Below are positions 18,266 to 26,064 of a stretch of 32,000 nt of DNA, one piece after another. Location of the stretch: positions 3,077 through 35,076 of the forward strand of contig NZ_JAYKGW010000213.1 in NCBI RefSeq assembly GCF_035285525.1. Direction: 5' to 3'. The notes below the pieces were generated by a model, which saw only the letters and a list, made by a program, of their open reading frames with translations, searched no databases and had not been told where the DNA came from. The stretch's first letter is position 1, and each line of letters starts with the position of its first letter. A program made the translations under genes and the position numbers. The stretch is from Okeania sp. (GTDB lineage: Bacteria; Cyanobacteriota; Cyanobacteriia; Cyanobacteriales; Microcoleaceae).

Positions 18266-18425
18266 CCCTCAATCTGCTCTATATAAATAAGGGCGAATGG
18301 CATTGGCCTCTACAGAGCCTCTATATTTTCATATTTTTTGTAATATCATGTCGGGATAATCAGTTATCAAAAAACTTTTTCCCCTTCAACCTTTCTTTTT
18401 CTTCTGCCTTCCTTTGGCTTCAAAA

Positions 18426-19298
18426 TTAAATATATTTTTGCAACAATAATTCTAACTTTTCTTTAGTTGCCGCAGGTACTTTATCCAAAGGAGTCAAAAT
18501 AGCATTTTTTAAAGCTGAATGTGAATCAGAAACAAACATATTTTCACTCAATCTCCGCACAGTTTCCTGAATAACTTTTTGCGCATTCACCGCATTTTTC
18601 TTTAAATTATTCACCACCATTTCTACAGTCACGCTATCATGTTCTTCATGCCAACAATCGTAATCTGTAGACAAAGCTAAAGTTGCATAAGCTATTTCCG
18701 CTTCCCTTGCTAACTTAGCTTCCGGTAAATTTGTCATGCCAATAACTGCTGCACCCCAACTGCGATATAAATTTGACTCCGCTTTAGTAGAAAAAGCAGG
18801 ACCCTCCATGCATAAATAAGTACCAGTGCGATGTATACTTATATCTGATAAATTCAAACTTTCCGCAGCATCCGCCAGGATTTTTGCTAGTTGAGGACAA
18901 GTGGGATTTTCAAAAGTAATGTGTGCAACTATTCCTTCACCGAAAAAGGTTGATACCCGACTTTTTGTCCGATCAATAAATTGGTCTACCACCACTAAAT
19001 CTAGGGGTTTAACTTCTTCTTTGAGAGAACCTACTGCGGAAGCAGATATTAAATATTCCACACCGAGACTTTTCATACCATAGATATTGGCACGAAATGG
19101 TAATTCCGATGGTAATAAAGCATGGTTGCGATCGTGTCTGGGAAGAAAAGCGACTCGTGTTCCTTCTAACGTACCAACAATAAAAGTATCAGAGGGAGAA
19201 CCGAAAGGTGTATCTACCTTAATCTCTTCTATATCTTTGAGTGCCTCTATTTTGTATAAACCACTACCGCCAATAATGCCAATCTTTGCTTCTGTCAT
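18426..19298 (-). CDS. mtnP: S-methyl-5'-thioadenosine phosphorylase
   Basis: 290 aa. Motifs: [87 protein letters not shown]. This is the MTAP / PNP family 2 signature. Confidence 0.9.
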   Translation of the reverse strand: MTEAKIGIIGGSGLYKIEALKDIEEIKVDTPFGSPSDTFIVGTLEGTRVAFLPRHDRNHALLPSELPFRANIYGMKSLGVEYLISASAVGSLKEEVKPLDLVVVDQFIDRTKSRVSTFFGEGIVAHITFENPTCPQLAKILADAAESLNLSDISIHRTGTYLCMEGPAFSTKAESNLYRSWGAAVIGMTNLPEAKLAREAEIAYATLALSTDYDCWHEEHDSVTVEMVVNNLKKNAVNAQKVIQETVRRLSENMFVSDSHSALKNAILTPLDKVPAATKEKLELLLQKYI

Positions 19299-19456
19299 TT
19301 CAGTTATCAGTTATTAGTTATTAGTATCTCCTAGTTTAGTAGGAGGTTTGGAAACCAGAATTTTCTTTTTCATCCCCTCGAAAGGGAATGTTGGAGACCT
19401 TGTTTTTTGGCCATGCTTGAGATTCTTGGTATTCCTTTTAACTCCCCCGGCCGGAA

Positions 19457-19493
19457 ATCCCGCGCTCTCGCCCTTACGGGGGAGCGTCGGGAT
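19457..19493 (-). other. GC-rich imperfect hairpin capped by a GNRA (GUAA) tetraloop on the minus strand
   Basis: The minus strand reads ATCCCGaCGCTCCCCC-GTAA-GGGcGaGAGCGCGGGAT, about 15 bp of stem with 3 single-nt bulges. It is flanked by the CCGGCCGG palindrome and GGGGGAGT. The local GC is far above the surrounding intergenic DNA. Confidence 0.6.
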
Positions 19494-19525
19494 GAAAGCC
19501 TGGCTAGAGTGTTTGGTTTTACTAT

Positions 19526-19596
19526 TAGACATCTCCAGAAAAGGTTCTCAAAGTCTTACCCCGCCGTTCCCAAATTGGCATTTTTGGAGATGTCTA
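19526..19596. mobile_element. Minimal (71-bp) family F MITE
   Basis: TAGACATCTCCAGAAAA (19526-19542) and TTTTGGAGATGTCTA (19582-19596) are inverted with one mismatch. Confidence 0.55.
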
Positions 19597-19677
19597 TTGT
19601 CCTGTTTGCTATAGCTATTGACAATTATATACACAGCTATTACAACAACTACTTGAGAAATCCTGGTAGATTCGGCC

Positions 19678-20130
19678 ATGCTACTGAAATATAAGTACAA
19701 GCTCAAGCCAAATAAGAGTCAAGCAGTAATTGTATCTAACTGGTTGTCCATGGCTAGAAAACAATATAATTACCGTTTAGCCTTTCAGCTAAACTGGTTT
19801 GAAGCCACGCGCACACCAGTAAACTTTTGTCCTCTTAATGTTTCAGTAGTACCAGTAGAGCGGATTTATCAAAACATACCAGAGTTTAGAACACAAACCA
19901 GGGATGGTAGAAAAAAAGGCAGTGATGGCAACCCAATAACGAAGAAAGGGGATAAGCACCCAAATATAATTAATGGTTATGTTTTGTGGCAAAGTGTTCA
20001 GCTAGCAGATTTAGCACAAACCAAAAAACTCTTCCCTGAATACAAGTCGATGCACTCCCAGGTATGGCAAGATGTGATCCAACACGTACCAACTAAGATG
20101 GACAACTTGGCAAACTCCCCTACTTCCTAA
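19678..20130 (+). pseudogene. tnpB: TnpB (IS200/IS605 OrfB-type RNA-guided nuclease) gene, N-terminal ~150 aa only
   Basis: MLLKYKYKLKPNKSQAVIVSNWLSMARKQYNYRLA... is the characteristic OrfB_IS605 N-terminus (YKYRLxPNxxQ....L......R..YN..L). Full-length TnpB is about 400 aa. The RuvC and zinc-finger parts are absent. The ORF ends about 40 nt before a solo family A MITE end (20168-20181). Confidence 0.75.
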
Positions 20131-20241
20131 ATTTAAGCCTTCCTTCTTTCTTATTGCTTTTTTCTTCTTTGCGTAAGTCCTGTTTATCTTAAAAAGAACA
20201 GATTTTAAACCTCTAAGAATTAATTATCAATTATTAATGAT

Positions 20242-21075
20242 TCAAAGAAGCCAAAATCCACTATAAGTCATTCCCGAATCATCGGGTTGCACTAATAAAA
20301 AATGTAACCCCTGAGTTGGCTCTTTTCTCTCCTCATAAACTTGACCTGCTGCCGATACTTCTCTATCTGAAAAAGTAGCAACTACCCACCTATCTACTAA
20401 CCCTGTCTCTAAAATTAATCCATCAGGTTCCCCAGGAATATAATTTAAAAGATATGGTTCGGCAGTTTCTAACCATCTAGCTAATCTCATAGACTGACGA
20501 CCGCCATCTATAACTACTCCTGGTACTGGCAATATTGAAGATAATCCCAAATTCAAAGGTAACAGAAATTCTGGCGCTCCCAAAATAGGTATGGGGCGTT
20601 CCATAATATCCTGAATATTACCAGCAGGCAAAGAAGCAAACCTCCAGCGATCGCCCCACAAATTTTCCGCTAATGGTACTGGTGGAGGAACATCTAACAA
20701 TAAGGGGTTGTAAAATTCTCCATTATATGCTTCCATCTCCTGATATTTTTCTGCTCTTTCGAGTAACCATTGTTTTAAAGCGGTTGTTCGTCTAGTTGGT
20801 TGGACTTTCAGCCCTAAAGTTTGAGCAGCAGTTTCGATTAACCCCAAACATTGAGGTCGAAATACTTGAATGATATTTGGTAAACTTTGGTCTTGAGCTA
20901 ATTTTTGCAGTTGTGCCACAACCCAGTTAGCGTTAACTTCTGACTGGGGACACATAGCCATAAATTCTAAGTTACGATTGGGAGTACAAATTAATAATTC
21001 CCATAATTTTTGGCCTTGTTTATCCTGGAGGGGGCGACGGTAATAATCTATTTGCCAGATAGTTTTAGTATCCAT
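20242..21075 (-). CDS. Tab2-family RNA-binding protein (DUF1092)
   Basis: 277 aa. The N-terminus WQIDYYRRPLQDKQGQKLWELLICTPN, the later PPPVPLAENLWGDRWRFASLPAG and the C-terminal GLHFLLVQPDDSGMTYSGFWLL match the Tab2/ATAB2 family pattern. Confidence 0.85.
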   Translation of the reverse strand: MDTKTIWQIDYYRRPLQDKQGQKLWELLICTPNRNLEFMAMCPQSEVNANWVVAQLQKLAQDQSLPNIIQVFRPQCLGLIETAAQTLGLKVQPTRRTTALKQWLLERAEKYQEMEAYNGEFYNPLLLDVPPPVPLAENLWGDRWRFASLPAGNIQDIMERPIPILGAPEFLLPLNLGLSSILPVPGVVIDGGRQSMRLARWLETAEPYLLNYIPGEPDGLILETGLVDRWVVATFSDREVSAAGQVYEERKEPTQGLHFLLVQPDDSGMTYSGFWLL

Positions 21076-21261
21076 TTATTTTGAAGGAAGAGAGAAGAAG
21101 CCAAAATAATTATAAAGGATAGCCTAGTAGTCAATTGTTTCAATTAGAATAATTAGTTATATTTTTAGGCAAGAGAAAATAGACCTCGCTAATCAGAAAC
21201 CCCGTTTTTTGAAAAAACCGGGTTTGTAGCCCCACAAGCTCAAATAAATCTAAAACGAATT

Positions 21262-21376
21262 TCTCTATAACTCTGATTCCTCCTAAATTCCCATCCTGGG
21301 AGGGGTTAGAGGTAGGTTTACTCCCTACTCCCTACTCTCTACCTCCACCATCAGAATTTCCATACGCAAACCCTAA
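21262..21376. repeat. Dispersed repeat (family C: ..CTCTATAACTCT.ATTCCTCCT..CCTGGGAgGGGTTAgrGGTrGGTTTACT..CGCAAACCCTA)
   Basis: Colinear with 30551-30666. Core fragments also occur at 11005-11032 and, inverted, at about 15458-15490. Confidence 0.65.
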
Positions 21377-21409
21377 TTAATTTCCACCCGTTCAACTGTG
21401 CCATTTTTT

Positions 21410-21494
21410 TATAGCAATGAGCACTGGTATATTTACAAATCTCAGGAGTTGTCCAATAGCTAAAAGCCTTATATTATCGGCGATTCATTCTCCC
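21410..21494 (+). repeat. Left copy of an inverted repeat pair (partner 23692-23778)
   Basis: TATAGCAATGAGCACTGGTATATTTACAAATCTCAGGAGTTGTCCAATAGCTAAAAGCCTTATATTATCGGCGATTCATTCTCCC aligns with the reverse complement of 23692-23778, TATAGCAATGTGCGCACTTAATATTTACAAATTTCAGGAGGTGTCCAAGCAGCTCAAAGCTTTATATTATAGGCAATTTATTCTCCC. Identity is roughly 80% by eye. Confidence 0.75.
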
Positions 21495-21788
21495 TGTTCC
21501 CACCTTCTGTGTTCCCTCTTCCCTGCACGCAGCATTATACATTGTTCTTTATGAGTGGCAGAGTGACGATTTTCTTCTTTTTTAGTCATATATTAGGGCT
21601 AATTTTTAGATTGCAATTTTTTATTGGATGGTGTTTTCAAATTTTCGTAACTTACAGTGGTTTTCTTGTCAGTAGACCACCTTCCCTATTAGCAGTCTAA
21701 TATTATGCTTAGTTGAATAGTTACACTGCTAGAGGTAAACTCTTTAGAGATTTTCGTTAAAATTAACCAAATATTAACCTATTGTTAA

Positions 21789-23063
21789 TTGAATCCTATG
21801 ATTAATCCTACCTTGAGTCAATTTGGTACAACAATGTCCCGCCTTACGGGTGTGCGAGCTATTATGGCAGATATTATTGCTACTCTACGAGCAGGCCAAG
21901 GTCAGGAATTTCTCAATTTTAGTTCTGGAAATCCTTTGGTTTTGCCAGAGGTAGAAAAATTGTGGAGAGATACTACCACAAAGTTATTAGCAAGTCAAGA
22001 ATATGGAGAAGTTGTAGGACGTTACGGTTCGTCTCAGGGCTATCAACCTTTTATTGATGCAGTGGTTAATGATTTTAATTATCGCTATGGATTGAGTTTG
22101 AGCGATCGCAATGTTTTAATTACTCCAGGTTCTCAGTCTATATATTTTTATGCTGCTAATGCTTTTGGTGGATATACTAAGGACCAAATTCTGAAAAAAA
22201 TTGTCCTACCTCTGAGTCCAGACTATACGGGTTATGGCGGAGTTAGTTTTACCCCAGAGGCAGTGGTGGCCTACAAACCAACTCTGGATATTGATTTTGA
22301 GGGTAATCGCTTCAAATATTGTCCTGACTTTAGTCAATTGGTGATTGATGAGAATACTGGTTGTGTGATTTTTTCTCGTCCTTGTAATCCTACTGGAAAT
22401 GTAATTAGTGCTGATGAGGTCAAGAAAATTGCCCATCAAGCTGCTATTTATAATGTGCCAGTATTTGTGGACGCTGCTTATGCTCCTCCTTATCCAGGGT
22501 TAAATTTTGTGGAGATGGAACCTGTTTTTGGCGAAAATATTGTACACTGTCTGAGTTTATCAAAGGCTGGACTTCCCGGAGAAAGAATTGGCATTGCTAT
22601 TGGAGATGAAGGAATAATTCAGGTTTTGCAGGCGTTTCAGACTAATATGTGTATTCATTCTCCTCGTTATGGACAGGCGATCGCTACTGATGCAATTAAT
22701 TCTGGCGCTTTGGCTGAAATTTCTAGTCAAGTAATTCGACCTTTTTATCAAAATAAATTTTCGATTTTAGAATCAACTTTAGAAAGAGCTTTGCCGAAAA
22801 ATTTACCCTGGTTTCTCCATCGTTTTGAGGGAGCTATTTTTGCTTGGTTGTGGTTAAAGGGTTTACCCATGACTGATTGGGAGTTTTACCAAAAGTTGAA
22901 AGAAGTGGGAGTTATTGTTGTACCTGGTAGTTCATTTTTCCCTGGTTTAAGAGAAGAATGGGTTCATAAACAAGAGTGTATTCGGATTAGTTTGACAGCT
23001 TCTGATGAGGATATTCAAGAAGGAATGAAACGTTTGGCGAAGATGGTAATTTCTATTTTTTAA
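21789..23063 (+). CDS. Class I/II aminotransferase, valine--pyruvate transaminase (AvtA)-like
   Basis: 424 aa. The track start is TTG at 21789; the first ATG is at 21798. Motifs: SRLTGVRAIMADI, FSSGNPLVLPE, ITPGSQS, PCNPTGN, and the PLP-lysine motif LSLSKAGLPGERIGIAIG (compare E. coli AvtA SLSKLGLPG). Confidence 0.85.
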   Translation: MNPMINPTLSQFGTTMSRLTGVRAIMADIIATLRAGQGQEFLNFSSGNPLVLPEVEKLWRDTTTKLLASQEYGEVVGRYGSSQGYQPFIDAVVNDFNYRYGLSLSDRNVLITPGSQSIYFYAANAFGGYTKDQILKKIVLPLSPDYTGYGGVSFTPEAVVAYKPTLDIDFEGNRFKYCPDFSQLVIDENTGCVIFSRPCNPTGNVISADEVKKIAHQAAIYNVPVFVDAAYAPPYPGLNFVEMEPVFGENIVHCLSLSKAGLPGERIGIAIGDEGIIQVLQAFQTNMCIHSPRYGQAIATDAINSGALAEISSQVIRPFYQNKFSILESTLERALPKNLPWFLHRFEGAIFAWLWLKGLPMTDWEFYQKLKEVGVIVVPGSSFFPGLREEWVHKQECIRISLTASDEDIQEGMKRLAKMVISIF

Positions 23064-23144
23064 AAAGGCAACAGGGAACCCACCCCTATAGTGAATAATT
23101 TATTGATGATAATTGATTTTACTTTATATTATGACTCAAGCTGA

Positions 23145-23417
23145 AACCCAAGCCAAACTTATCAGCTTGAAGGAATTGAATATCAGGGAAAAGGCGCAGA
23201 ATTAATAGTTGAAGAAGAAGAACTAGCTTGTGAATATTTAGACAAGTTTGGCAAGTACAATATTCATACTAATAATTGTGAAATGTTGGCTTGGTATGTG
23301 ATTACTGGAAGACCTTATTATGGGCAAATGCCAGAAAAATTTCACACGGCAATTGGAGCTAAAATAGTTGATCTTGTGCAACCTGTTTTAAGACCTAGAG
23401 AAATAGTTAATCATTAG
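23145..23417 (+). pseudogene. LRAT/NlpC-P60-like (NC-domain) gene fragment, C-terminal part only
   Basis: An open frame without a start codon reads ..GIEYQGKGAELIVEEEELACEYLDKFGKYNIHTNNCEMLAWYVITGRPYYGQMPEKFHTAIGAKIVDLV..*. YNxxxNNCExxxxWxxTG matches the catalytic-Cys motif (NCEHF) of LRAT-family proteins. The N-terminal His-containing half is missing. More stop-riddled coding-like sequence follows up to about 23540. Confidence 0.4.
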
Positions 23418-23691
23418 TATGAACAAGTAATAATTCGTAAACTTAATGATAACCTAGAAAAAGCAAAACTTGCTTGATTAAAATCAGAGTAAGCAATCAG
23501 TGGTGATTTTTGGAAACAAAGAGATGCCAAGAAAAATTAGATTTGGCAAATCGTAGGGTTTTGGTCTCCAAACCCAAACTTTAGAATTACTATACAACAA
23601 TTTGTATAGACTGAATTGCTCAATAACTCAATCAATAGGGTTCATTTATAGCGCTACGCCCAGGGAACAGGTATGGAGGGAACACTTAACT

Positions 23692-23778
23692 GGGAGAATA
23701 AATTGCCTATAATATAAAGCTTTGAGCTGCTTGGACACCTCCTGAAATTTGTAAATATTAAGTGCGCACATTGCTATA
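23692..23778 (-). repeat. Right (inverted) copy of the 21410-21494 repeat
   Basis: See feature 21410-21494. Weaker similarity extends inward to about 21535 and 23650 (shared GTGTTCCCTC and TTCCCTG blocks). Confidence 0.75.
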
Positions 23779-24872
23779 AGACGAAAACTCATAAGATATG
23801 GAACCATTATATAGGCTTTTTAGACTCCAAAACTGCCCAAAAAATTCTTAACTGAACTGTATTGTTCAAGAACTCACTTTATTATTATTGATAACTGCTG
23901 ATAAATATCGCAACTTTATAGAATTTTTTACAGTCATGAATACATTGACAATCCCCCCTTTAAAAGGGGGAATTTTTGTGAGATTTTCCCCTTTATAAAA
24001 GATGCTTAATAAACATCTTTTTTACATCAAATTTAGACATTCTAGAGAAGTTATGTGTTTGCTATTCAATGAATATTCTGGGGTAGTAAAGGTATTTAAT
24101 TAGAGGCTTTTATCCCACCATCTCTTCACCCCATCATCTCCACACCCCCTCATCTCCACACCCCCCATTCCCAGGGTTTCAAAAGTTCCTTATCAATGAA
24201 ATTACTCCTTTTATAAGCAAGACTTAATTTTCAGGATTTAAGTTTTAAAAGTTGAAAATTATCCTCATATAGAGTATGCTAAATACGTCAATATTCTACG
24301 AATAGAAAAAACACTATTTAAAAATGATAACTGTCAAAGAACCAAGAGAAAAACCACTATATTTTCTCAGTGAACAAGGACTTGAACGAGAATTTATTGA
24401 AAATGTATCAGTCAAACTTGATGATGCCAAAAAATTGATTAATATAAGTCGTCAAAAACAGCTTCAAAAAATATCTAATATTTAGGGTAGTGGTGTAGTA
24501 GTGATACTGGGATAGAAGATAAACTATGGCTCTTAGATTATTCCCTTGAAACCGATAAGGGGCTTTTTTCTTCCCTGTTCCCTATTTCCTTACCCTTGAT
24601 TTTGATTTTGTAGTTTCATTTATTAAAAATTGCATATACCGAGTTTCTCACTAAAACACTATGATAAGCTCGGCTCATTTTCTCTGCTTTGTTATTTATC
24701 CTTATTTTCTGAACATATTTGCAACCTTTTATTTACCCTAATTAATAATACTTTTCCTTATATTAAAAATTGTCCTGGTTAAATCAGAGGTTGAGTGAAT
24801 AACCTATAAAGGGATAACAAATGAGGGGTGAAACCCATTATACAAGTAATTAATACTATCTAAGGAGGTCCA

Positions 24873-25451
24873 ATGCTACAGACTTTGAAAATTGATACAA
24901 CCCACAACATTAATCCTTTAACTGATAACTTCAGAGTTCACAATAGTAACAGGTATAAATTTGTAGCGACTCCTGAGCGTAACCAAATTGAATCAGAATT
25001 ATTGAGATTTGCAAGTATGCCCAGTTGTATTCACCTTGGACTACAAAATTTAAAATCTTTTGAAGTAATAAATCATCAATTTCAGAATTGGGGCCTAAGT
25101 TTCTCTAATGCGATCGCTATCGAACCATCGAATCCTGCTTTTGGAGTTCCTTTAGGTGTTAGAGTTATTATGGGAGCGCCAAAAAGTGGCCTCATAGAAA
25201 TTACCTTCAAATATCCAGTCAAGTTTGTCAGTGGATTAATCACAAGTTCTCGCCGAACTGTTTTGTCAGCTTACGATCAAAATGAAGAACTTTTAGCTGA
25301 AGATGAAATGCCAACTTCAAATTTGCTAAACTCTAATTCAATTATTACTCCAAATGCTAAACTAAAGGTGACTGGTAAAGATATTTACAAAGTAATCTTC
25401 TATTCTTTTGATGGTCAGCTTATAATTACAGATTTGAGCTTTGGATTTTAA
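24873..25451 (+). CDS. Hypothetical protein (192 aa, predicted beta-rich, no recognisable domain)
   Basis: A strong SD AAGGAGG (24862-24868) lies 4 nt upstream of the ATG. The ORF is non-repetitive (..FQNWGLSFSNAIAIEPSNPAFGVPLGVRVIMGAPKSGLIEITFKYPVKFVSGLITSSRRTVLSAYDQNEELL..KVIFYSFDGQLIITDLSFGF). It contains a HIP1-like GCGATCGC at about 25121. Confidence 0.65.
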   Translation: MLQTLKIDTTHNINPLTDNFRVHNSNRYKFVATPERNQIESELLRFASMPSCIHLGLQNLKSFEVINHQFQNWGLSFSNAIAIEPSNPAFGVPLGVRVIMGAPKSGLIEITFKYPVKFVSGLITSSRRTVLSAYDQNEELLAEDEMPTSNLLNSNSIITPNAKLKVTGKDIYKVIFYSFDGQLIITDLSFGF

Positions 25452-25453
25452 TT

Positions 25454-25495
25454 TAGGGAGTAGGAGGGAGTAGGGACTAGGGAGTAGGGAGTAGG
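25454..25495. repeat. STRR tract, heptamer GGGAGTA type
   Basis: TAGGGAGTAGGAGGGAGTAGGGACTAGGGAGTAGGGAGTAGG lies directly after the stop codon of the 192-aa ORF. Confidence 0.85.
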
Positions 25496-25659
25496 AAAAA
25501 AAAGGTTGAAGAGAAGACATTTTTTTTATTAATTATGATCCGGATATGATATAATAATAAGTTTTAAACATTTAGCTTGGACAGCTTTATTAATAATTAA
25601 TAATTACCGAAAAATTGTGGGTATGCGCCTCCCCCTTTTAAGGGAAAAAAAAAGAGAAT

Positions 25660-25972
25660 ACTCGTTATTTATGCCAAGGCTCTTGCTTTCCTAGGTCATG
25701 CTGCGCAAACAGCTAGAGGTACTGATAACTGATAACTGATAGCTGAAATGACCTCTTCTTATAAACAAGAGAATTGGCTAAAAGGAATTTTTTTCTTTTC
25801 TTGGTCGATGGGATATGCCGTTTCACTACGCGACATGAAAAGCGGAGCTTTGCGGAGCACAAAACGACCGCAAAAGAGGGAACAGGGAACACTAGATATG
25901 GGGGAACAGGAAGAAAGAATTGATAATTTATGGATAAGAATTGATTTGATTTTTGATTTTTGGAGATGTCTA
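25660..25972. repeat. Mosaic of dispersed repeat modules
   Basis: Modules, in order: ..GCTCTTGCTTTCCTAGG..GCGCAAACAGC; the CTGATAA STRR (25721-25747); GTTTCACTACGCGACATGAAAAGCGGAGC (25820-25848); and a partial family F MITE ending TTTTGGAGATGTCTA (25957-25972). They are shared with 6078-6213, 10413-10440 and 15411-15546. Track ORF 25748-26020 is an artefact of these repeats. Confidence 0.7.
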
Positions 25973-26064
25973 ATAGAGAGGCTTTATATCTTAATTTTTT
26001 TTTGGGTAAAATTAATTTGATTTTTTGTGGTATAGGGAATAAATAAATTAGTGGTCTTGCTGAA

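Noticed and set aside
19299-19600. Known SAM/SAH-type riboswitch upstream of mtnP
   Set aside because: The context is attractive (methionine salvage gene). However, I could not match the sequence to the conserved cores of the SAM or SAH riboswitch classes I remember. It is kept only as an unclassified structured element in the findings.
19314-19694. Track ORFs 19314-19532(-), 19348-19614(+) and 19407-19694(+) in the mtnP-tnpB gap
   Set aside because: These mutually overlapping ORFs run across the GC-rich hairpin element and a MITE. There is no RBS and the sequence is low-complexity and basic. An RNA or IS-relic explanation fits better (see findings).
24324-24485. 53-aa ORF MITVKEPREKPLYFLSEQGLEREFIENVSVKLDDAKKLINISRQKQLQKISNI
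   Set aside because: There is no SD-like sequence upstream and no recognisable family, and it is located in the gene-debris region. It could be a fragment of a decayed gene. The support is insufficient to call a CDS.
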